From Squalus acanthias (lineage: Eukaryota): a stretch of 64,000 nucleotides of DNA. The notes under the pieces were generated by a model. The model was not told the origin of the DNA and made no database searches. It saw only the letters and a list, made by a program, of their open reading frames with translations. The stretch is taken from contig CM059443.1 of the NCBI GenBank assembly GCA_030390025.1, positions 50,468,001-50,532,000 of the forward strand, read 5' to 3'. Numbering within the stretch: the first letter of the stretch is position 1; each line of letters starts with the position of its first letter. Below, in pieces: positions 51,199 through 62,914 of this stretch. The position numbers and the translations under genes were made by a program.

Positions 51199-52155
51199 AT
51201 GGGAGAGCAGGTGATGTGTTACTGCTGCAATATGTGGGAGCTGGTGGACACCATTGATGTTCACGGTGAACACATTTGCAGTAAGTGTTGGCTGCTCGAG
51301 GAACTCCGGCTCCGTGTTGATGAGCTGGAGTCCGAGCTTCAAACACTGCGACACATCAGGGAGGGGGAGAGTTACCTGGACTCCGTGTTTCAGGAGGTAG
51401 TCACACCAATTAGAGTAACTAATTCAGAAGTAGCCCGTGGTCAGGGACAGGAAGGTGTGACTACGAGTGAGGCAGGTACAGGGATCCAGGAGGTAGTGTT
51501 GGAGGAGCCGCAGCCCTTGCTCTTGTCCAACAGGTTCGAGGCTCTTACTCCCTGTGTGGATAGGAGCGGGGACTGCAGGGAGGATGAGCAACCTGGCCAC
51601 AGCACCGTGGTAAGGGGGGCCATTCAAGTGGGGGGAGTAAAAAGAAATGTTGTAGTGGTAGGGGATAGTATCATTAGGGGGATAGATAGGGTTCTTTGCA
51701 GCCAAGAGCGAGAGTCCCGAAGGCTGTGTTGCCTGCCCGGTGCCAGGGTTAAGGACATCTCCTCTGGGCTGGAGAGAAACTTGGAGTGGGAGGGGGAGGA
51801 TCCAGTTGTAGTGGTCCATGTTGGTACCAATGACATAGATAGGACAAGGAAAGAGGTTCTGCTGAGGGAGTTTGAGCAGCTAGGGGCCAAATTAAAAAGC
51901 AGAACCTCGAGGGTAATAATCTCTGGATTACTACCTGAGCCACGAGCAAATTTGGCTAGGGTAAATAAAATCAGGGAGTTGAATGCGTGGCTCAAAGACT
52001 GGTGTGGGAAAAATGGGTTTTGCTTCTTGGGACACTGGCACCAGTACTGGGGCAGGAGAGAGCTGTTCCGTTGGGACGGACTTCACTTGGCCAGTGCTGG
52101 GACTAGTGTCCTGGCGAATCGAATAACTAGGGCTGTGGAGAGGGCTTTAAACTAA
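51199..52155 (+). CDS. CR1 ORF1, 318 aa
   Basis: Same domains and length as the X ORF1. Confidence 0.9.
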   Translation: MGEQVMCYCCNMWELVDTIDVHGEHICSKCWLLEELRLRVDELESELQTLRHIREGESYLDSVFQEVVTPIRVTNSEVARGQGQEGVTTSEAGTGIQEVVLEEPQPLLLSNRFEALTPCVDRSGDCREDEQPGHSTVVRGAIQVGGVKRNVVVVGDSIIRGIDRVLCSQERESRRLCCLPGARVKDISSGLERNLEWEGEDPVVVVHVGTNDIDRTRKEVLLREFEQLGAKLKSRTSRVIISGLLPEPRANLARVNKIRELNAWLKDWCGKNGFCFLGHWHQYWGRRELFRWDGLHLASAGTSVLANRITRAVERALN

Positions 52156-52299
52156 TTAGTGGGGGGGAGGTTTCAAGAGAGCAAAAAATAAAAATGACAA
52201 CAGAGAGGGTCATAGACATAGGTAGCAGTAGGGGAATCACAAATCAGAGCGTGGCAGGAAGGGACAGAGTGTGTGGAGTAAAAGGTAAACTGGTAAAAA

Positions 52300-55146
52300 G
52301 TGAAAAAAGCAGGAACTAAGTGCCACAAAGCATATTTGAAAGTTCTCTATCTGAATGCACGTAGCATTCGTAACAAAATAGACGAGTTAATGGCACAAAT
52401 AACTACATATGGTTATGATATTGTGGCCATTACAGAAACATGGCTGCAGGGTGACAATGCCTGGGAATTAAACATACCAGGTTATTTAACGATCAGGAAG
52501 GACAGGCAGGAAGGAAGGGGAGGTGGGGTGGCTATGTTAATAAAGGAAGGAATCACTGTAATACAGAGTAATGATATTGGGTCAAAAAATCATGATAATG
52601 AAACAGTTTGGGTGGAGATAAGGAATAATAAGGGGAAAAAAACATTAGTGGGCGTAGTCTATAGGCCTCCGAACAGTTGCAACTCTATTGGACGGAGTAT
52701 CAATCAGGAAATAGTTGAGGCATGTAATAAGGGAACATCTATAATTATGGGGGATTTTAACTATCATATTAATTGGACAAATCAAATGGGGCAGGGCTGC
52801 CTTGAGGATGAGTTCATTGAGTGTATTAGGGATGGGTTTCTTGAGCAGTATGTAACTGAACCGACCAGGGGGCAAGCAACCTTAGATCTGGTCCTGTGTA
52901 ACGAGACAGGATTAATTAAAAATGTCCTAGTAAAGGATCCCCTTGGAATGAGTGACCATAACATGGTTGAATTCCATATTCAATTAGAGGGTGAGAAGGT
53001 TGGATCTCAAACAAGCGTGCTAAGCTTGAATAAAGGAGACTATGAAGGTATGCGAGCGGAATTGAGTAGAGTGGATTGGGAAAATAGATTAAAGGGTAAG
53101 ACGACACATGATCAGTGGTGTACATTCAAGGAGTTATTTTACAACTTCCAAAAAAAATATATTCCACTGAAAAGAAAAGGGTGTAAAAGAAAGGACAGTC
53201 ATCCGTGGCTAAGTAAAGAAATTAAGGATAGTATTCGACTAAAAACAAGGGCATATAAGGTAGCGAAATCTAGTGGGAGGACAGAGGATTGGGAAAACTT
53301 TAAAAGGCAGCAAAAAATAACAAAAAGATTGATTAAGAAAGGGAAGATAGATTATGAAAGTAAATTAGCAAAAAATATAAAAACAGATAGTAAGAGTTTT
53401 TATAGTTATATAAAAAGAAAAAGGGTGGCTAAAGTAAATGTTGGTCCCTTAGAGGATGAGACCGGGAAATTAATGGTGGGAAATATGGAGATGGCAAAAA
53501 CACTGAATGAATATTTTGTATCAGTCTTTACAGTAGAGGACACTAAGAATATCCCAACACTGGACAAACAGGGGGCTATAGGGGGAGAGGAGCTAAACAC
53601 GATCAAAATCACTAAGGAAGTGGTACTCGGTAAAATAATGGGACTCAAGGCGGATAAATCACCTGGACCTGATGGCTTACATCCTAGAGTCTTGAAGGAA
53701 GTGGCGGTAGGGATTGTAGATGCATTGGTAATAATTTTTCAAAACTCCCTGGATTCCGCTAAGGTCCCGGCAGACTGGAAAACTGCTAATGTAACACCCT
53801 TATTTAAAAAGGGCAGTAGACAGAAGGCTGGTAACTATAGACCGGTTAGCCTAACATCTGTGGTAGGTAAAATTTTGGAGTCCATTATTAAGGAAACAGT
53901 AACAAGACATTTGGATAATCATAATTTAATAGGACAAAGTCAGCATGGTTTTACGAAGGGGAAGTCATGTTTGACAAATTTGCTGGAGTTCTTTGAGGAA
54001 GTAACATATAGAGTGGATAAAGGGGAACCAGTGGACGTAGTGTATTTAGACTTCCAAAAGGCATTTGACAAGGTGCCACACAAAAGATTATTGCTTAAGG
54101 TAAAAAATCACGGGATTGGGGGTAATATTCTGGCATGGATAGAGGATTGGCTATCTAACAGAAAGCAAAGAGTTGGGATAAATGGTTCATTCTCAGACTG
54201 GCAATCAGTAACTAGTGGTGTTCCACAGGGGTCAGTGCTGGGTCCCCAACTCTTCACAATCTATATTAACGATTTGGAGGAAGGGACCAAGTGTAACATA
54301 TCAAAATTTGCAGATGATACAAAGATGGGAGGGAAAGTAGTGAGTGAGGAGGACATAAAAAACCTGCAAGGGGACATAGACAGGCTAAGTAAGTGGGCAG
54401 AGATTTGGCAGATGGAATACAGCACTGGAAAGTGTGAGGTGATGCACTTTGGCAGGAAAAATCCTAGAGCAATTTATTATCTTAATGGCAAGAAACTGGA
54501 GAGTACTGAAGTGCAAAGGGATCTGGGGGTCCTGGTGCACGAAACTCAAAAGGTTAGTATGCAGGTGCAGCAAGTGATTAAGAAGGCAAATGGAATGTTG
54601 GCTTTCATTGCTAGGGGGATAGAATATAAAAGTGGGGGGGTATTGCTTCAGTTGTACAAGGTATTGGTGAGACCGCACCTGGAATACTGCATACAGTTTT
54701 GGTGTCCTTACTTAAGGAAAGACATCCTTGCTCTCGAGGCAGTGCAAAAAAGGTTCACTCGGTTAATCCCGGAGATGAGGGGGTGGTCATATGAGGAGAG
54801 GTTGGGTAGATTGGGACTCTACTCATTGGAGTTCAGAAGAATGAGAGGCGATCTTATTGAAACATATAAGATTGTGAAGGGGTTGGATCGGGTGGATGCG
54901 GGGAGGATGTTCCCGATGACGGGTGAGACGAGAACTAGGGGACATAGTCTTAGAATAAGGGGCTGCTCTTTCAAAACTGAGATGAGGAGGAACTACTTCA
55001 CTCAGAGGGTGGTAGGTCCATGGAATATGCTGCCACAAAAAGCTGTAGAAGCTACAACATTAATTAAATTTAAAACAGAAATAGACAGTTTCCTAGAAGT
55101 AAAGGGCATTAAGGGTTACGGGGAGCGGGCAGGAATTTGGACATGA
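52300..55146 (+). CDS. CR1 ORF2 (endonuclease and RT), 948 open codons; the homologous ATG at 52194 is out of frame
   Basis: All catalytic motifs present including FADD; one extra base in the A-run near 52303 relative to X. Confidence 0.88.
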   Translation: MKKAGTKCHKAYLKVLYLNARSIRNKIDELMAQITTYGYDIVAITETWLQGDNAWELNIPGYLTIRKDRQEGRGGGVAMLIKEGITVIQSNDIGSKNHDNETVWVEIRNNKGKKTLVGVVYRPPNSCNSIGRSINQEIVEACNKGTSIIMGDFNYHINWTNQMGQGCLEDEFIECIRDGFLEQYVTEPTRGQATLDLVLCNETGLIKNVLVKDPLGMSDHNMVEFHIQLEGEKVGSQTSVLSLNKGDYEGMRAELSRVDWENRLKGKTTHDQWCTFKELFYNFQKKYIPLKRKGCKRKDSHPWLSKEIKDSIRLKTRAYKVAKSSGRTEDWENFKRQQKITKRLIKKGKIDYESKLAKNIKTDSKSFYSYIKRKRVAKVNVGPLEDETGKLMVGNMEMAKTLNEYFVSVFTVEDTKNIPTLDKQGAIGGEELNTIKITKEVVLGKIMGLKADKSPGPDGLHPRVLKEVAVGIVDALVIIFQNSLDSAKVPADWKTANVTPLFKKGSRQKAGNYRPVSLTSVVGKILESIIKETVTRHLDNHNLIGQSQHGFTKGKSCLTNLLEFFEEVTYRVDKGEPVDVVYLDFQKAFDKVPHKRLLLKVKNHGIGGNILAWIEDWLSNRKQRVGINGSFSDWQSVTSGVPQGSVLGPQLFTIYINDLEEGTKCNISKFADDTKMGGKVVSEEDIKNLQGDIDRLSKWAEIWQMEYSTGKCEVMHFGRKNPRAIYYLNGKKLESTEVQRDLGVLVHETQKVSMQVQQVIKKANGMLAFIARGIEYKSGGVLLQLYKVLVRPHLEYCIQFWCPYLRKDILALEAVQKRFTRLIPEMRGWSYEERLGRLGLYSLEFRRMRGDLIETYKIVKGLDRVDAGRMFPMTGETRTRGHSLRIRGCSFKTEMRRNYFTQRVVGPWNMLPQKAVEATTLIKFKTEIDSFLEVKGIKGYGERAGIWT

Positions 55147-56908
55147 GTCTAGGTTCGGATCGGTCATGGCCCTGTGGGTAGTGGAGCGGGCCCAGGGACT
55201 GTGTAGCCTGATTCTGCTCCTATTTCGTGTGTGCAATTCTGTTAGATGCAGGAGATGTTTCTGTGATAGATAGTAGATTGGCGGTTAGGATCAGATCAGC
55301 CATGATCTTATTAAATGGCGGAGCAGGCTCGATGGGCCGATTGGCCTACTCCTGCTCCTATTTCTTATGTTCTTATGTTCTTATGTAAGCCATCAGGTCC
55401 AGGGGATTTATCCGCCTTGAGTCCCATTATTTTACTGAGTACCAATTCCTTAGTGATTTTAATTGTATTTAGCTCCTCCCCCCCTAGAGCCCCCTGTTTG
55501 TCCAGTGTTGGGATATTCTTAGTGTCCTCTACCGTAAAGACTGAAACAAAATATTTGTTCAGCATTTTTGCCATCTCCATGTTTCCCACCATTAATTTCC
55601 CGGTCTCATCCTCTAAGGGACCTACGTTTGCCTTAGCCACCCTTTTTCTTTTTATATAACTATAGAAACTCTTGCTATCTGTTTTTATATTTTTTGCTAA
55701 TTTATTTTCATAATCTATCTTTCCTTTCTTAATCAATCCTTTAGTTACTTTTTGCTGTCTTTTGAAGACTTCCCAATCTTCTATCCTCCCACTAAGTTTG
55801 GCTACCTTATATGTCCTTGTTTTTAGTTGGATACTATCCTTAATTTCTTTACTTAGCCACGGATGGCTGTCATTTCTTTTACACCCTTTTTTCCTCAGTG
55901 GAATATATATTTTTTGAAAGTTGTAAAATAACTCCTTAAATGAACACCACTGCTCATGTACCGTCTTACCCTTTAATCTATTTTCCCAGTCCACTTTAAT
56001 CAATTCCGCTCTCATACCATCATAGTCTCCTTTATTCAAGCTCAGTACGCTTGTCTGAGAACCAACCTTCTCACCCTCTAATTTGATATGGAATTCAACC
56101 ATGTTATGGTCACTCATTCCAAGGGGATCCTTAACTAGGACATTATTAATTAATCCTGACTCATTACACAGGACCAGGTCCAAGGTTGCTTGCCCCCTTG
56201 TAGGATCAGTTACATACTGCTCAAGAAATCCATCCCTAATACACTCAATAAACTCTTCCTCAAGGCTGCCCTGCCCAATTTGATTTGTCCAGTTAATATG
56301 ATAGTTAAAATCCCCCATAATTATAGCTGTTCCCTTATTACATGCCCCAACTATTTCCTGATTAATACTTCTTCCAGCAGAGTTGCAACTATTAGGAGGC
56401 CTATATACTACTCCCACTAGTGTTTTTTTCCCCTTATTATTCCTTATCTCCACCCAAACTCTTTCATTATCCTGATCCTTTGACCCAATATCATTTCTCT
56501 GTAATACAGTGATTCCTTCCTTTATTAACATAGCTACCCCACCTCCTCTTCCTTCCTGCCTGTCCTTCCTGATTGTTAAATACCCTGGCATATTTAATTC
56601 CCAGTCATTGTCACCCTGCAGCCATGTTTCTGTAATGGCCACAAGATCATACCCATACGTAGTTATTTGTACCGTCAACTCGTCTATTTTGTTACGAATG
56701 CTGCGTGCATTCAGATAAAGAACTTTTAAATATGTTTTGTGACAATTTATTCCTGCTTTTACCCCCTTCACTACTTTACCTTTATCTTTATATATTCTGT
56801 CCCTTCCTGACACGCTCTGGTTTTTAATTACCCCACTGCTACTTTGCTCTATTGCCTTCTCCGCTGACATTTTTATTTTTTGCTCTCTTGAAACCTCCCC
56901 CCCACTAA

Positions 56909-57865
56909 TTAGTTTAAAGCCCTCTCTACAGCCCTAGTTATTCGATTCGCCAGGACTCTAGTCCCAGCACTGGCCAAGTGCAGTCCGTCCCAACGGAACA
57001 GCTCTCTCCTGTCCCAGTACTGGTGCCAGTGTCCCAGGAAGCAAAACCCATTTCTCCCACACCAGTCTTTGAGCCACGCATTTAACTCTCTGATTTTATT
57101 TACCCTAGCCAAATTTGCTCGTGGCTCAGGTAGTAATCCAGAGATTACTACCCTAGAGGTTCTGTTTTTTAATTTGGCCCCTAGCTGCTCATACTCCCTC
57201 AGCAGAACCTCATTCCTTGTCCTATCTATGTCATTGGTACCAACATGGACCACGACAACTGGATCTTCCCCTTCCCACTCCAAGTTTCTCTCCAGCCCAG
57301 AGGAGATGTCCTTAACCCTGGCACCGGGCAGGCAACACAGCCTTCGGGACTCTTGCTCTCGGCTGCAAAGAACCCTATCTATCCCCTTAATGATACTATC
57401 CCCTACCACTACAACATTTCTTTTTACTCCCCCCACTTGAATGGCTCCCCGTACCACGGTGCTGTGGCCAGGTTGCTCATCCTCCCTGCAGTCCCTGCTC
57501 CCGTCCTCACAGGGAATAAGAGCCTCGAACCTGTTGGACAAGAGCAAGGGCTGCGGCTCCTCCAACACTACCTCCTGGATCCCCGTACCTGCCTCACTCG
57601 TAGTCACACCCTCCTGTCCCTGATCACGGGCTACATCTGAATTAGTTAATCTAATTGGTGTGACTACCTCCTGGAACACAGAGTCCAGGTAACTCTCCCC
57701 CTCCCTGATGTGTCGCAGTGTTTGAAGCTCGGACTCCAGCTCATCAACACGGAGCCGGAGTTCCTCGAGCAGCCAACACTTACTGCAAATGTGATCACCG
57801 TGAACATCAATGGTGTCCACCAGCTCCCACATATTGCAGCAGTAACACATCACCTGCTCTCCCAT
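56909..57865 (-). CDS. CR1 ORF1 (CxxC zinc finger, coiled coil, SGNH esterase), 318 aa
   Basis: CYCC...CSKC, GDS, VHVGTND, DGLH. Confidence 0.9.
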   Translation of the reverse strand: MGEQVMCYCCNMWELVDTIDVHGDHICSKCWLLEELRLRVDELESELQTLRHIREGESYLDSVFQEVVTPIRLTNSDVARDQGQEGVTTSEAGTGIQEVVLEEPQPLLLSNRFEALIPCEDGSRDCREDEQPGHSTVVRGAIQVGGVKRNVVVVGDSIIKGIDRVLCSREQESRRLCCLPGARVKDISSGLERNLEWEGEDPVVVVHVGTNDIDRTRNEVLLREYEQLGAKLKNRTSRVVISGLLPEPRANLARVNKIRELNAWLKDWCGRNGFCFLGHWHQYWDRRELFRWDGLHLASAGTRVLANRITRAVERALN

Positions 57866-57932
57866 TCTATGTAATTAATTAAATTTATTAATATTATTTA
57901 CCCTTTAATTAATTTAAATTAAAACAATACAC

Positions 57933-58231
57933 TTCTGTGACAGTTTGATCTGAGTCTCTTCACTCCGTCCTGACAGTTTGATCTGAGTCTCCTCACTCCG
58001 TCCTGTGACAGTTTGATCTGAGTCTCTTCACTCTCCGTCCTGTGACAGTTTGATCTGAGTCTCTTCACTCTCCGTCCTGTGACAGTTGATCTGAGTCTCC
58101 TCACTCCGTCCTGTGACAGTTTGATCTGAGTCTCTTCACTCCGTCCTGTGACAGTTTGATCTGAGTCTCTTCACTCTCCGTCCTGTAACAGTTTGATCTG
58201 AGTCTCTTCACTCTCCGTCCTGTGACAGTTT
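57933..58231 (-). repeat. Related 35-37 bp monomer array (~8 units) at the 5' end of element X
   Basis: Unit AAACTGTCACAGGACGGAGAGTGAAGAGACTCAGATC. Confidence 0.9.
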
Positions 58232-58808
58232 TATGTTTTATGCTGGGTGGTGGAATAGATTAGTACGGCCCTTTGATATTTTAGGGTCTGCCAAGTCCAG
58301 ATTACGAGGAATAAAAGTCCTCTTTCTATATCTCCCTGGTCTCTATCTCTGTCTGTCTCTGTCGCAGTCTCTGTCTGTCTCTGTCTCTTTGTCTTTCTCT
58401 GTCTCTTTCTCTCTAAGGGTCCTTGATGAAATGAATTTGGTCATCTCGATCCAGTTTGTAGCTCGTGTGAGCCACAGTACAAAACTACCCCTAAGTTGGC
58501 ACTTTCACTCAAACAGGCCATGAAGTGTGAGAAGTGAAATGTCCGAGCTCCCTCCTGAGTTTGGAGTTGAGGAGCATTGTTGGGACAGTCCAGAGGGAGC
58601 TTTATGCTGCACCTAATCTGGAGTGCTCCAAATGTGACTGTGTGGCCACAGTGGAAAAGTAACCCATTTGCCAGCATGGGCTCCCCTCACCTTCATTACA
58701 TTAACAATCTCCGAACCCTCCATCCCAAAACAAACCCGTGGTCAGTGTTGAACGTTGCCGGGGCCGACAGCTGTCACTCTGCTTACCCTTTGACCATTGA
58801 CTCTTCGA

Positions 58809-60384
58809 TCATAGAATTATAGAATCATAGAAGATAGGAGCAGGAGTAGGCCATTCGGCCCCTCTAGCCTGCTCCGCCATTCAATGCGATCATGGCTGAT
58901 CATCCAAATTCAGTACCCTGTCCCTGCTTTCTCCCCATATCCCTTGATCCCTTTAGCCTTAAGAAATATATCCAACTCCTTCTTGAATCTATTTAATGAA
59001 TTGGCCTCTACTGCCTTCTGTGGCAGAGAATTCCACAGGTTCACCACTCTCTGGGTGAAGAAATTCCTCCTCATTTCTGTCCTAAATGGCTTACCTCTTA
59101 TCCTTAGACTGTGACCCCTGGTTCTGGACTCCCCGACCATCGGGAACATCCTTCCTGCATCTAGTTTGTCCTGTCCTGTCAGAATTTTATAAGTTTCAAT
59201 GAGATCCCCTCTCATTCTTCTAAACTCCAGCGAGTATAAGCCCAATCGACCCAATCTCTCTTCATACATCATTCCTGCCATCCCAGGTATCAGCCTTGTG
59301 AATCTTCGCTGAACTCCTTCCATGGCAAAAACATCCTTCCTCAGATAAGGCAACCAAAACTGCACACAGTACTCAAGGTGTGCAGCAAGACATCCTTGTT
59401 CCTGTACTCAAACCCTCTCGCTATGAAGGCCAACATACCATTTGCCTTCTTAACCGCCTGCTGCACCTGCATGCTTACCTTCAGCGACTGGTGCACAAGG
59501 ACACCCAGGTCTCGTTGCACTTCCCCTTCTCCCAATCTATTGCCATTCAGATAATAATCTGCCTTTCTGTTTTTGACACCAAAGTGGATAACCTCGCATT
59601 TAGCCACGTTATATTGCATCTGCCACACTTCTGCCCAATCACCCAACCTGTCCAAATCATCCTGGAGTTTCTCGGCATCCTCCTCGCAGCACACACGCCC
59701 ACCCAGCTTTGTGTCGTCTGCAAACTTGGAGATATTACATCTAGTTCCCTTGTCTAGATCATTAATATATATTGTGAATAGCTGGGGTCCAAGGACCGAT
59801 CCCTGCGGTACCCCACTAGTCACTGCCTGCCACTCGGAAAAAGACCCGTTTATTCCAACTCTTTGCTTTCTGTCTGCCAACCAGTTCTCTATCCAAGTCA
59901 ATACCTTGCCCCCAATCCCATGTGCCTTAACTTTACACGCTAATCTCTTATGCGGGACCTTATCAAAAGCCTTTTGGAAGTCCAAATACACCACATCCAC
60001 TGGTTCTGCCTTATCTATTTTACCAGTTACATCCTCAAAAAATTCCAGTAGATTAGTCAAGCATGATTTACCTTTTGTAAATCCATGTTGACTTTGTCCG
60101 ATCCTGTCACTGTTTTCCAAGTGCTCAGCTATTACATCTTTTACATCTTTTATAATGGACTCCAGCATTTTCCCCACTACCGATGTCTGTAATTCCCTGT
60201 TTTCTCTCTACCACCCTTTTTGAATAGTGGGGTAAATTTAGCTACCCTCCAATCCATGGGTACTGTTCCAGATTCCATCGAATGTTTGAAGATGATCAGC
60301 AATGCATCTACTATTTCTAGGGCCACTTCCTTAAGTACCCTCGGATGTAGATTATCAGGGCCTGGGGATTTATCGGCCTTCAAT
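58809..60384 (-). mobile_element. CR1 3' part, duplicate of the 24309-31148 host element, ending at a gap
   Basis: Shares the KDVKDV micro-duplication and the NYRHR deletion. Confidence 0.9.
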
Positions 60385-60884
60385 NNNNNNNNNNNNNNNN
60401 NNNNNNNNNNNNNNNNNNNNNNNNNNNNNNNNNNNNNNNNNNNNNNNNNNNNNNNNNNNNNNNNNNNNNNNNNNNNNNNNNNNNNNNNNNNNNNNNNNNN
60501 NNNNNNNNNNNNNNNNNNNNNNNNNNNNNNNNNNNNNNNNNNNNNNNNNNNNNNNNNNNNNNNNNNNNNNNNNNNNNNNNNNNNNNNNNNNNNNNNNNNN
60601 NNNNNNNNNNNNNNNNNNNNNNNNNNNNNNNNNNNNNNNNNNNNNNNNNNNNNNNNNNNNNNNNNNNNNNNNNNNNNNNNNNNNNNNNNNNNNNNNNNNN
60701 NNNNNNNNNNNNNNNNNNNNNNNNNNNNNNNNNNNNNNNNNNNNNNNNNNNNNNNNNNNNNNNNNNNNNNNNNNNNNNNNNNNNNNNNNNNNNNNNNNNN
60801 NNNNNNNNNNNNNNNNNNNNNNNNNNNNNNNNNNNNNNNNNNNNNNNNNNNNNNNNNNNNNNNNNNNNNNNNNNNNNNNNNNNN

Positions 60885-61700
60885 TGGGTGGGTTGGATGT
60901 GTGGGGTGGGTGGAGTTGGTTGTTGAGGTAGGTGGGTGGGCAGAGTTGGGTGGGGTGGGCGGGGTGGGGAAGGTGGGGTGGGATTGGTTGGTTGAGTTGG
61001 GTGAGTTGGGTGGGTTGGGTGAGTTGGGTGAGTTGGGTGAGTTGGGTGGGTGGGGTGAGTTATGTGAGTTGGGTGGGTGGGTGGGGTGAGTTGGGTGAGT
61101 TGGGTGGGGTGAGTTGGGTGAGTTGGGTGGAGTGAGTTGGGTGGGTTGGGTGGGTGGGGTGAGTTGGGTGGGTTGGGTGAGTTGGTTGGATTGGGTGAGT
61201 TGGGTGGGGTGGGGTTGTGTGAGTTGGGTGGGTTGGGTGAGTTGGGTGGTTTGGGTGAGTTGGGTGAGTTGGATGAGTTGGGTGAGTTGGGTGGGGTTGG
61301 TGAGTTGGATGGGGTGGGGTTGTGTGAGTTGGGTGGGTTGGGTGAGTTGGGTGGTTTGTGTGGGTTGGGTGCGTTGGGTGAATTGGGTGAGTTGGGTGGG
61401 GTGGGTGAGTTAGGTGAGTTGGATGAGTTGGGTGAGTTGGGTGGGGTTGGTGAGTTGGGTGGGGTGGGGTTGTGTGAGTTGGGTGGGTTGGGTGAGTTGG
61501 ATGGTTTGTGTGGGTTGGGTGCGTTGGGTGAGTTGGGTGAGTTGGGTGGGGTGGGTGAGTTGGGTGGTTTGGGTGAGTTGGGTGGGTTGGATGGGTGGGG
61601 TGGGTGGGGTTGGTTGTTGAGGTAAGTGGGTAGGCAGAGTTGGGTGGGGTGGGCGGGGTGGGGAAGGTGGGGTGGGATTGGTTGGTGGGGTGGGGAGTGG
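60885..61700. repeat. G-rich (GGGTGAGTT)n-based tandem repeat
   Basis: 9-bp unit with higher-order repeats, adjacent to the 500-N gap 60385-60884. Confidence 0.9.
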
Positions 61701-62914
61701 TTCAACCTATAAAGATCAGCATTGCAGTGATGGGGATTGGTGTAGGAATTAGTTGGGTTGTCTTGGGAACAGTTGTGACATAAGAAGGTTATTCTCGCAC
61801 CGCACTGCTCTGGAGCGGGGAGCAAAGGTCAGACTAGTGCAGTGTGTTTAACTGGAGTAGGGGGTTGGACTCCTGGAATGGTGGGTAGAGTTGGGGAAAG
61901 CAATTAGATTGAGTAGAACAGTGTATGGAGTCTGAATAAAATCTAAAACATATCAGCTACTCAACATGGTTTGAAAACACAGCCTCAGATCAGCATGCAA
62001 ACAGATTGTAGATATTGCTCGAAATGATAAAGAGCCAGTACAGTGCAGAGCGAATCCCCTCACCCCATTCTATCCCCGTGCATACTGTACTGCAATGGAT
62101 ATACACAAGCCTTCCCCAAGGAGTCCCATAAATAAATATACAACTGATTATTAAAAGAGAGGAGAGGTTATCTAATTGCAGGAGATTGATGTCAGGGTTT
62201 GCATTCTGATAACGATTTTGGAGGAACTGGCGCTCACTGTCACAGCCTGACATTGATCAGACAGTTCTCACTGGGATTACTATGGAATTCTATTCTAGTT
62301 AGAGAGTAAATGCCTCAGGGCTACATACTGGGTCTTCCATAAGGCAATGAACATGGGTGCAGTGAAGGGACCAATGCAATGAGCTTACTTACCCTTATTT
62401 TCCAAGCTGTCGAGAGACCACTCCCCTCCCTCTCCACCAGACTATTACAGTTATTACCCAGTCTCTCTCCCCAGACCAGTTTGCAAACTATTGCATCTAC
62501 TGAGAATCAGAACCATTCTTGCCAAGTTAAATCATCTCGCTCAAGTCAGATTTGCTGAAATGATCCTGGCTCAGTGGGTAAGGGCACCACCTCTGGCAGA
62601 GGTCATTCAGGGGGTGAAGGAAACTAAGTTTTGATTAATTATGTGGTTGTTGCCATGCATCCTGTAATATCCCTGTGCTATTTTACTTCATCGAGCTCTC
62701 CCCTTAAACTAGTTGGTTGGGAGCAGCAAACCCACACAAGTAACCTGTAACAAGCCAACAATAAGGCACTGTGAATTTCTGGGACAGTTCCTTTTGTATG
62801 AGTAGAATGGAGGACACTTCAGAGTTGCCAGATGGTCAACTTGCAACCGTGCAATGAGTAACCAAAATCTCAGTGCTTTGAGAGATTGAATTGGATTTCT
62901 TGGAACCAGACTGA

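Larger units (their letters stand above)
50528..55382 (+). mobile_element. Full-length CR1 (element Y) nested in X in the opposite orientation
   Basis: TSD ATGTAA (50522-50527, 55383-55388); 5' monomers, ORF1, ORF2, (TTCTTATG)n tail. Confidence 0.93.
48859..58231 (-). mobile_element. Full-length CR1 (element X), split by nested element Y
   Basis: 5' monomer array 57933-58231, ORF1 56909-57865, ORF2 56870-55389 plus 50527-49058, (AAGAACAT)n tail at 48859; empty site at ~23733 in the duplicate. Confidence 0.92.
31783..60384. repeat. Segmental tandem duplication, copy 2
   Basis: Collinear with 5684-28965 apart from four copy-specific insertions; ends at an N gap. Confidence 0.9.

Noticed and set aside
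5684-60384. Duplication as a false haplotype duplication
   Set aside because: The two copies join different TM exons and differ by four insertions with empty sites, which favours real paralogy; long reads would still be decisive.
60380-61825. 481-aa Pro/Asn/Ser-rich ORF and the Gly/Trp-rich ORFs opposite
   Set aside because: Translation of a 9-bp tandem repeat plus Ns.
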